Shown here one piece after another: positions 52,301 to 61,500 of a stretch of 64,000 nucleotides of DNA (position 1 is its first letter; each line of letters opens with the position of its first letter). The DNA lies in the NCBI GenBank assembly GCA_036918135.1, contig JBALDB010000007.1, positions 32,001-96,000 on the forward strand. The letters are read 5' to 3'. The stretch comes from Nostoc sp. Its GTDB lineage: Bacteria; Cyanobacteriota; Cyanobacteriia; Cyanobacteriales; Nostocaceae. The position numbers were made by a program, and so were the translations under genes. The notes under the pieces are model-generated. The model worked only from the letters and a program-made list of their open reading frames with translations. It had not been told where the DNA came from and made no database searches.

Positions 52301-52319
52301 GTCAAATGACAAGCTGTCA
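52301..52319 (-). promoter_or_regulatory. GAC-N5-GTC (PetR-like) box upstream of petJ
   Basis: Minus strand TGACAGCTTGTCATTTGAC, followed by TTGACT-17nt-GACAAT. Confidence 0.65.
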
Positions 52320-52408
52320 AACTTAACCTTAATATTTTTTAATTACAGATTATTGGCTACCATGCTCATTAATCTCTAGATTATTTATTTTACGTTATTC
52401 AATATTTC

Positions 52409-52747
52409 TCAACTTCCAAACTCGGTAAATTGACGTATATAAGGTTCGTGAAACGCTAAAATAATATCTTGTTTGGGTACTCCCATGTCAACCAATCGAT
52501 TAGCAATTCCTTCTTCAGTGCCATCATGTTGAATCCATATTTTTCCATCTTTAATATCAAGATGTAAAATACAGCAAAAATCGCGTTTATTTCCCCGCCA
52601 GCCAACATAAAGTAATTGATAGTGGTCTTGCTGTTCGTCAAAAATTGTTTGCACCTCATACTCTTCGGCTTTTCGTGACATCGAAGCTCACTTTTGCCGT
52701 TCCGAAAGAAGATGTCGAATATATTGCCGATATTTTTCTATAGCCAT
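52409..52747 (-). pseudogene. xisI: XisI protein gene with a premature stop
   Basis: MAIEKYRQ...RQK*ASMSRK...HLDIKDGKIWIQHDGTEEGIA; a shorter product from ATG 52681 is possible. Confidence 0.75.
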
Positions 52748-52866
52748 TGACGAATAACCTCCTCTTCTACATCGTAAATTATCAATCGTAATTGATATTT
52801 TGCAACTGCCGATATAATAAATTTACGTTGAAAAAAAGTTTCATAAATCGGTACGCGAACAGCTAA
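52738..52866 (-). pseudogene. xisH: XisH C-terminal remnant
   Basis: LAVRVPIYETFFQ...LIIYDVEEEVIRQWL* overlapping the xisI start, as in xisHI operons. Confidence 0.7.
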
Positions 52867-52882
52867 ATCCTGAATTGAATTC

Positions 52883-53374
52883 TTACATAGCCCCTAACTT
52901 ATTCAGTGCATCTTCTGTAACGCGACAAATTCGCCAATCATCTAATATAGAAGCTCCCATGCTATGGTAAAATGCTTGGGCTGATTCATTCCAATCCAAT
53001 ACGCTCCATTCTAAGCGCCCACAATTGCGTTCTAAAGCTATCTGGGCTATTTTAGTCAGGAGGGCTTTACCAATACCTTGCCTGCGATATTCTGGTAAAA
53101 CAAATAAATCTTCTAAATAAATTCCTGGCTTGGTCAGAAATGTTGAATAATTATGAAAAAATAGAGCAAAACCAACAGCTTGACCAGCAGACTCTGCTAA
53201 AATTGCCTCTATATATCTGTGCGAACCGAATAAATGTTCCTTAAGTTCCAGAGCATTGCCGCTAACAGCGTGAGATAATTTTTCATACTCAGCAAGCCCT
53301 TCAATTAATTTAAACAGTACCCTGTAATCCGCTGGCTGGGCAAAACGCACAATTAAATTGCTACTCGAAGTCAT
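52883..53374 (-). CDS. GNAT family N-acetyltransferase (diamine acetyltransferase-like)
   Basis: LAEYEK, YLEDLFVLPEYRRQGIG, WSVLDWN. Confidence 0.9.
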   Translation of the reverse strand: MTSSSNLIVRFAQPADYRVLFKLIEGLAEYEKLSHAVSGNALELKEHLFGSHRYIEAILAESAGQAVGFALFFHNYSTFLTKPGIYLEDLFVLPEYRRQGIGKALLTKIAQIALERNCGRLEWSVLDWNESAQAFYHSMGASILDDWRICRVTEDALNKLGAM

Positions 53375-53375
53375 T

Positions 53376-53414
53376 AGTCTATAGTCTGTAGTTCATAGTC
53401 TATAGTCTATAGTC
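53376..53414. repeat. Heptamer STRR tract (TAGTCTA)n
   Basis: tagtctatagtctgtagttcatagtctatagtctatagtc. Confidence 0.7.
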
Positions 53415-53844
53415 AATTGTGCAGTTTTTTTGACCGTGCCAATTTGAGATTCTTTTGGTTAATCCGGGACTAACGTCTTGCTATGCTAATAGCTCTAATG
53501 GATAATACAAATCTCAAGTCTCAAACTTTAAATACTTCAAGTTTTATCATATTGAGCGGTGGGTAAATCCAAAATCTATTGACTAATGACTCAACAAAAG
53601 CCGAAAAAAGGTACAAAACACCCGGTTTTGCAGTTAGCGATCCCCACGCTCAAAAAACGTTTCCTTATTAGAGCTAATTAGCTCAGGTATCATACCAATT
53701 TTGAATTTTAGGTTGCATCTTTGGTATGTTGACACTACAATTTTGATTTTGGATTAAAAGTCTTTACTAAAGACTATTCCATAAATCTTAAACAATAGTA
53801 TTTATCCTAATTTAGTATTAGGTCTTACTTTTTGAATTAAACTT

Positions 53845-55017
53845 TTAGATCAACCAACCTTTTAACCGTTTGGCTATGTGGGGACGCCGTAATTTACGCA
53901 TGGCTTTACTTTGAATTTGTCGCACTCGTTCACGAGAAAGATTGAACATGTTGCCAACTTCTTCTAAAGTACAGGGTTCGCTAGTTGTTAAACCGTAGCG
54001 CAGAGAAATTACATCTTTTTCCCGTGGAGTTAATACATCACCCAATACTTCCCAAATCTCCTGACGCATCATATTTTCGTTCATTTTTGCTTCTGGAGAT
54101 AAGTTATCTTCATCTTCTAATAAATCCATCAATTCTGTGTCTTCTTCTTTACCAACGCGATGGTTAAGAGAAAGTGCTTGACGGCGTAGTTGTTGTAATT
54201 GGCGTAGTTGCTGGACACTAATTTCTAGCATTTGTGCCATTTCAGCTTCGGAAGGATTACGACACAGTTTTTGCTTGAGTTCTCGTTGTGCTTTTTTAAG
54301 TTTGTTAAGTTTTTCAACAATATGAATCGGTAGCCTAATTGTTCGCGCATCATTAGCGATAGCTCTGGTAATTGCTTGTCTAATCCACCAATAGGCGTAA
54401 GTAGAAAACTTATATCCTTTATCTGGATCGAACTTTTCTGTAGCGCGATTTAAACCCATTGCTCCTTCCTGAATTAAATCTAGGAAAGGCACTCCCCGAT
54501 TCAGATATCGCTTAGCAATAGAAACTACTAATCTTAGGTTCGAGCGAATCATTTTGCGTTTCGCTACTCTACCTTGATATAAGCGACTTTCTAATTGCTT
54601 TTCCGTCATTTCTAGCTCAGAAGCTACTTCTAGCTTGCTAGGTTCGTGTCCCAGTTTTAATTCTAAAGCAGCTTGTAATTCTCTAATTTCTTCTATAAAC
54701 TTGACTCGCCGCGCTAACTCTACCTCTTCATCAGGTTTTAGCAGCGGATAACGCGCCATTTCTTTAAAAAATGCGCCTACAGCATCATCATGTTCGGTTT
54801 TATTGTATCCCGAAGGACGAGCCGCCGCCATTTCGTCCCCGTCGCGTTCCTCTGATTCTAGATTTTCTATTACAATTGGAGCTTCTTCATCTGCTACTGC
54901 ATCTAAACTATCGAGTAATGGTTCTTCACTATCAGCAGCATTCTCCAGTATTTCCATTTTTCCTAATTCAACAATATTCATAGTTTCCTTTAGGGATTGT
55001 TGTTTTATTTGGTACAT
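53845..55017 (-). CDS. sigE: Group 2 RpoD-family sigma factor, SigE-like
   Basis: SNLRLVVSIAKRY, KFSTYAYWWIRQ, SRERVRQI; region 1.2 DAVGAFFKEMARYPLL recalled as SigE type, so the subtype is less certain than the family. Confidence 0.8.
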   Translation of the reverse strand: MYQIKQQSLKETMNIVELGKMEILENAADSEEPLLDSLDAVADEEAPIVIENLESEERDGDEMAAARPSGYNKTEHDDAVGAFFKEMARYPLLKPDEEVELARRVKFIEEIRELQAALELKLGHEPSKLEVASELEMTEKQLESRLYQGRVAKRKMIRSNLRLVVSIAKRYLNRGVPFLDLIQEGAMGLNRATEKFDPDKGYKFSTYAYWWIRQAITRAIANDARTIRLPIHIVEKLNKLKKAQRELKQKLCRNPSEAEMAQMLEISVQQLRQLQQLRRQALSLNHRVGKEEDTELMDLLEDEDNLSPEAKMNENMMRQEIWEVLGDVLTPREKDVISLRYGLTTSEPCTLEEVGNMFNLSRERVRQIQSKAMRKLRRPHIAKRLKGWLI

Positions 55018-55817
55018 AATTTAGTTACAGCTACTCGTTTGAGGCTTGGTAGTTTTCCCTAATGGATGAATGCACCCTTTATATAGCAAAATATAAACTT
55101 CTGCTAATTTTGATTCAGCAATAAAAATCTGTATCTACCTACCAAATATAGGTTCCGGTTAGATGTAACCTATAATTAAACTGGTTTTGACACCCAACAA
55201 AACTTCCTATCTAGACTCCCAACAGATATATTCTTCATTTTTTTCTGAATTATCAAATATGTCAAACCCCCTCAAACTTTCTCAACCTTAACAAATTTAA
55301 AAATCTCAGCTAACCATCCAGATTTCTTAAACATTCATATATTTTTCTAAATATTTTTTAATCTTTTATGTATTGGAAGTGAGTGGATAAAACGAAAAAC
55401 TGGTGGTAAGGTTATGCATTGCCGAATTTAATCTACACACATCAATATAAACTACAAGAGTGGCAGCATAAATTCGGGATGTTCTTATTTGTATAAAAGC
55501 ATCTCATAAGCATAAAGGGTTGAATATCTATCGAGAGGCGGAAAAAGGCTACTCCCTATTTAGTAGATAGAGTAACTGTTGCGATCGGATCTGTCATGGT
55601 TTTATTTGTATAGTGGGCACCAAATATTTATTGCATGTATAGTAGATACGAATTTGTCTAGTAGATTACATAAGAGGAAACTTATCAAGTATTATGAAGA
55701 ATAATAGTATTGAGAAATACCATTTAAATTTAAAAAAGCAAAAAATTAAAGTTGAGTTAGCTAGGTAAATTTTGACCAGCTACGTGAGGAAAATATTTAA
55801 CTATAAAGTTAGAAAGT

Positions 55818-58388
55818 ATGTATATTAATGACGTAAATTTATCTCCTTTAGTAGTGGCTGAGTCTAGTGAATCATACAACTCAGGTGCAACTGTTAATAG
55901 ATGGGTTGAAGTACTGGTAGACTGTCCAGGAAATATAGGACTATTTACTTATCGATTACCAGCCCAGTTAGAAATCAAACCAGGGGATATTTTGAGCGTA
56001 CCATTCGGGGCACAACAATTAGGAGCGATCGCCATTCGGTTACTGGCACAACCAAATATCGATCTAGCACCAGAAAAAATCCGGGAAGTAGAAGATATAG
56101 TCAGCGTTGGATTTTTTCCAAGTGCTTACTGGGAATTACTCAATCGAGTCGCAGCATATTACTATACACCCCTAATTCAAACGATCCGGGTTGCTCTGCC
56201 ACCAGGGTTGCTAGGGCGCTCTCAGCGTCGTATCCGCATCATTAAAAACACACAGGCACAGGAAAATAATTATTTACTTGCATCTCCCAATCCTTTAGCT
56301 TTCCTAACTCCAACTGCGCGGCAAATTTGGGAACTTTTACAAGCGCAGCCGACAGGGGACTATAGTCTCGTCTATCTTCAACAAAAAGTCAAATCTGCTT
56401 ATCGGGGAATTCGCGAGTTGTTGCGATTCGGTTTAGTAGAAAGCTATTTAGAACCGCCACGGCTGACTCGACCAAAGCTACAAAAAGCAGTAACACTCAT
56501 AGCTTCAACTGACCAAAATTTAACAACTCGCCAACGAGAGATTTTGGAAGTACTCCGACGGAGTGGTGGTGAGTTGTGGCAAAATGAACTACTACAAATT
56601 TGCAATGCTAGTTCCTCTATCCTCAAGAATTTGGCACAAAAGGGCTATATCGTCATCGAAGAACGGGAAGTATTGCGAACAGAACAAGGCCCAGCATTAG
56701 TAGGCGATGGTGCTAAATCCTTAACTGCTGCCCAAGCTAGCGCCTTAGCAACCATCCAGACACTAAATGGATTCGCTCAAGTTTTGTTGCATGGAGTGAC
56801 AGGTTCGGGAAAAACCGAAGTATATTTGCAAGCGATCGCACCTCTTTTGAAAGTCGGCAAATCTGCCTTGGTCTTAGTTCCAGAAATTGGACTCACACCG
56901 CAGCTAACTGACCGTTTTCGCGCCCGCTTTGGCAATAAAGTCAGCGTTTATCATAGCGCCCTCTCAGACGGTGAACGTTACGACACTTGGCGACAAATGC
57001 TCACAGGAGAACCCCAAGTTATAATCGGCACTCGCAGCGCTGTTTTCGCTCCTTTGCCCAACTTGGGTTTAATTATCTTAGATGAAGAACACGACAGCAG
57101 TTTTAAGCAAGACTCTCCCATCCCCACCTATCATGCCCGCACCGTCGCCCAGTGGCGAGCAGAGTTAGAAAATTGTCCCCTAATTTTAGGTTCCGCTACC
57201 CCTTCCTTGGAAAGTTGGCTGAGTGTCCGAGAGCAGGGGGTAGGCAGAGCAGGGGAAGAATTTATCACTCCTAACTCTTGTACAGACGCGATTAATCGCG
57301 TCTCTCTTTACCTCTCCCTTCCCGAACGCATCAACTCCCGCCCTCTACCGCCAGTGGAAATTGTGGATATGCGCCAAGAGTTACAGCAGGGAAATCGTTC
57401 TATATTTAGTAGATCCTTACAAGAAGCTTTGCAAGAGCTAAAACAAAGACAGCAACAAGGAATTTTATTTATCCATCGCCGGGGACACAGTACTTTTGTA
57501 TCTTGTCGTAGTTGTGGCTATGTGTTGGAATGTCCCTACTGTGATGTGTCACTGGCATATCATCACACAGAAGAGGGAGCGCCGCAATTATTGCAGTGTC
57601 ATTACTGTAACTATAGGCGATCGCATCCCAAATTCTGCCCCGATTGTAGTTCCCCTTACCTCAAATTCTTCGGTAGCGGTACTCAACGAGTGACGCAGGA
57701 ATTAGCGCGACAATTTCCACAGCTGCGCTTGATTCGTTTTGACAGCGATACCACCCGTAACAAAGGCGCACACCGTACTCTACTTACCCAGTTTGCCAAC
57801 GGCGAAGCAGATTTATTAGTAGGTACGCAAATGCTTACCAAAGGTTTAGATTTACCACAGGTGACACTTGTGGGCGTTGTCGCCGCCGATGGATTGCTAA
57901 ATTTATCAGATTATCGCGCCAGCGAACGCGCATTTCAAACCTTGACTCAAGTAGCCGGACGTGCTGGTAGAGGCGACGAGCCGGGTAGAGTGATTGTGCA
58001 GACTTATACTTCAGAACATGCGGTAATTGAAGCAGTGCGATCCCATGATTATCAGTCTTTTTCTCAAATAGAATTAGAACAGCGCCAAGCGCTTAATTAT
58101 CCCCCCTACGGACGGTTAATTTTATTGCGTTTAAGTAGTCTCGATCCGATTCAAGTGCAGAATACAGCCCAAATCATTGCTACAGCTTTAAATGCCCAAG
58201 AGGAATTAGAAATATTGGGGCCAGCACAAGCGAGTATTTTACGAGTAGCTAATCGTTATCGCTGGCAGATATTAATTAAATTTGCCCCCGATGCATTGCC
58301 ACAATTGCCAGATTGGGAAGAAGTGCGATCGCTTTGTCCGCCATCTGTTAGTTTAACAATAGATGTAGACCCATTAAATATTATGTAA
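55818..58388 (+). CDS. priA: Primosomal protein N' (replication restart helicase)
   Basis: GVTGSGKTEVY, LVPEI, DEEH, SATPS, four CxxC motifs, QVAGRAGR. Confidence 0.97.
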   Translation: MYINDVNLSPLVVAESSESYNSGATVNRWVEVLVDCPGNIGLFTYRLPAQLEIKPGDILSVPFGAQQLGAIAIRLLAQPNIDLAPEKIREVEDIVSVGFFPSAYWELLNRVAAYYYTPLIQTIRVALPPGLLGRSQRRIRIIKNTQAQENNYLLASPNPLAFLTPTARQIWELLQAQPTGDYSLVYLQQKVKSAYRGIRELLRFGLVESYLEPPRLTRPKLQKAVTLIASTDQNLTTRQREILEVLRRSGGELWQNELLQICNASSSILKNLAQKGYIVIEEREVLRTEQGPALVGDGAKSLTAAQASALATIQTLNGFAQVLLHGVTGSGKTEVYLQAIAPLLKVGKSALVLVPEIGLTPQLTDRFRARFGNKVSVYHSALSDGERYDTWRQMLTGEPQVIIGTRSAVFAPLPNLGLIILDEEHDSSFKQDSPIPTYHARTVAQWRAELENCPLILGSATPSLESWLSVREQGVGRAGEEFITPNSCTDAINRVSLYLSLPERINSRPLPPVEIVDMRQELQQGNRSIFSRSLQEALQELKQRQQQGILFIHRRGHSTFVSCRSCGYVLECPYCDVSLAYHHTEEGAPQLLQCHYCNYRRSHPKFCPDCSSPYLKFFGSGTQRVTQELARQFPQLRLIRFDSDTTRNKGAHRTLLTQFANGEADLLVGTQMLTKGLDLPQVTLVGVVAADGLLNLSDYRASERAFQTLTQVAGRAGRGDEPGRVIVQTYTSEHAVIEAVRSHDYQSFSQIELEQRQALNYPPYGRLILLRLSSLDPIQVQNTAQIIATALNAQEELEILGPAQASILRVANRYRWQILIKFAPDALPQLPDWEEVRSLCPPSVSLTIDVDPLNIM

Positions 58389-58566
58389 TTTTTTGGTTAA
58401 AAAATAGATAAACAGGGTATAGTTCAACTTCTTAGCGATAGATATTCAAGGGGATTTTTTAGCTGCTAGACGATTCATTACTTGCTCAAACAGCTTGATA
58501 AGCAGGTGTGCTGGCAAGAAGCTCTGTATGTAGAAAACTACGTGAAAAATACCAAGGCGTAAAACA

Positions 58567-61500
58567 TTAGCGATCGTCATTTATGATAGTACCGACACCT
58601 TGGCTATTAGCAAATGTAGCATTTGCCGCACCATAAAGATTAACAAAAAATGTTTCGTTAGGTTCTACTTTATTATCACCTCTAACACCAATACTGATAA
58701 CCTTACTGGTTTCACCAGCCTCGAAAATAATTGTCCCCAGCCCAAAATTGTAATCTGAGTCAGAATCTTTGGCAGTGCCATCACTCGTACTGTAATTTAC
58801 AATTATCCGTTGATAAAATTCATTGGAGAGAGTGACGACAAAATTAGCATTAGTTATCATCCCTGTAGTACCTTCATTGAGCGATACATTGGAAATACTA
58901 ATCGCGGGTGGAGGGTCATCATTGGTGATAGTAGCTACTCCCAGGCTATCAACAATTGTGGCATTTGTCGCACCCAAGAGATTGACAGAAAATGTTTCGT
59001 TGGGTTCAGGTTTGTTATCACCTATAACACCAATGCTAATAGTTTTGCTGGTTTCACCAGGGTTAAAAGTAATTGTCCCATTAGCAGGATTGTAATCAGA
59101 GTCAGAAACTTTAGCAGTGCCATCACTCGTGTTGTAATTTACACTAACCTGCTGAAAACTGGGTTGGGAGAGAGTAACAATAAAGTTAGCATTAGTTGTT
59201 GTGCCTGTGTTACCTTCAGTTACTAAGACATCTGAAATACTGATAGTTGATTGGTTGTCATCGTTGATAATCGTAGCAACTCCTAAATTATCTGCAATTG
59301 TTGCATTTGTCGCACCTAAAAGATTGACAGAAAATGTTTCGTTACTTTCATTTTGATTATCGCCTATGACACCAATGCTCAGAGTTTTACTAGTTTCCCC
59401 AGGAGCAAAAATAATTGTCCCATTAGCAGAATTATAATCAGAGTCAGAAACTTTGGCACTGCCATCACTCGTATTGTAATTTACAGTAACTTGCTGATAA
59501 CTGGGATTAGAAAGAGTGATAGTAAAGTTAGCGTTAGTTGTTGTACCTGTGTTACCTTCAATAACTGAAACATCTGAGATGCTGATAGTTGGTTGGTTGT
59601 CATCGTTAATGATGGTAGCAACTCCTAAACTATCTGCAAGTGTCGCATTTGTCGCACCCAAAAGATTGACACCAAATGTCTCATCAGCTTCAAATTTGTT
59701 ATCACCAATGACACCAATACTAATAATTTTAGTAGTTTCGCCAGGAGCGAAAATAATCGTCCCATTAGCAGAATTATAATCAGAGTCAGAAACTTTGGCA
59801 CTGCCATTACTCGTATTGTAATTGACAGTAACTTGCTGATAACTGGGATTAGAAAGAGTGATAGTAAAGTTAGCATTAGTTGTTGTGTCTGTGTTACCTT
59901 CAACAACTGAAACATCCGAGATGCTGATAGTTGGTTGGTTGTCATCGTTAATGATGGTAGCAACTCCTAAACTATCTGCAAGTGTCGCATTTGTCGCACC
60001 CAAAATATTGACACCAAATGTCTCATCAGCTTCAAATTTGTTATCACCAATGACGCCAATACTAATAACTTTACTAGTTTCACCAGGATTAAAAGTAATC
60101 GTCCCAGAAACAGAATTGTAATCCAAATCAGAAACTACAGCAGTACCATCATTTGTGTTGTAATTGACAGTAACTTGCTGATAACTAGGATTGGAGAGAG
60201 TTATAGTAAAGTTAGCATTAGTTGTCGTGCCTGTGTTGCCTTCAATAACTGAAACATCTAAGATGCTGATAGTTGGTTGGTTGTCATCGTTAATGATGGT
60301 AGCAACTCCTAAACTATCTGCAAGTGTCGCATTTGTCGCACCCAAAAGATTGACACCAAATGTCTCATCAGCTTCAAATTTGTTATCACCAATGACGCCA
60401 ATACTAATAACTTTACTAGTTTCACCAGGATTAAAAGTAATCGTCCCAGAAGCAGAATTGTAATCTGAGTCAGAAACTACAGCAGTACCATCACTTGTGT
60501 TGTAATTAACAGTAACTTGCTGATAACTGGGATTAGAGAGAGTTATAGCAAAGTTAGCATTAGTTGTAGTGCCTGTGTTGCCTTCAATAACTGAGATATC
60601 CGAAATGCTGATAGCTGGTTGAGTATCATCATTGATGATGGTAGCAACTCCTAAACTATCTGCAAGTGTCGCATTTGTCGCGCCTAAAAGATTAACAGAA
60701 AATGTCTCGTCGGTTTCAAATTTGTTATCGCTGATAACACTAATATTAAGGGTTTTGTTAGTTTCACCAGGATTAAAAGTAATCGTCCCAGAAGCAGAAT
60801 TGTAATCTGAATCAGCAACAGTAGCAGTACCATCACTTGTATTGTAATTGACAGTAACCGTCTGATAACTAGGATTGGAGAGAGTTACAATAAAATTAGC
60901 GTTAGTTGTTGTACCTGGATTGCCTTCAGTCAGTGAGACATCCGAAATACTAACAGTTGGTTGATTGTCATCGTTGGTAATGTTTACTATTGCCGAACTG
61001 TTAGTAATTGTGGAATTTTCTGGTGCAGCTGTCAGGTTTGGATTACTTAAGGTAAGAATAATATCTTCATTGGTTTCAAATATGTTGTCACCCAAAACAT
61101 CGACTGTAATTGTCTTTGTCTTTTCTCCAACAGCGAAGTTTAAAGTCCCAGATGCAGTAGTTCCTCCATTTGGAACTTGAATATTGTTATAGTCACTGCC
61201 AAAACTTGCCGCACCACTAAAAGCATAATTTATGGTACTAGCTACGCCAATACCACCACTGCGAGTAACCGTGAAAGTAACAGCTTGAGTACCACTATTA
61301 CCTTCAATTAAACTTGAGGTAGGGGTGGAAATTGCATATTGAATCGAATCATTAGCAGCAATATTTAGAGTACTTTCAGTTATTGTCCCCAAATCAGCCC
61401 CTATTAACGTGCCGAAGTTGAGTACAACTGTTTCTGCATTCTCAGGTAAATCGTCTGGGTTAATAGTAAAAGTAATTAGCTTTGTTAAATTTGAGCCTGT

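Noticed and set aside
53595..53695. Possible sRNA or 19-aa ORF with a hairpin downstream of the sigma factor gene
   Set aside because: No recognisable family and a weak stem; cannot be supported from sequence alone.
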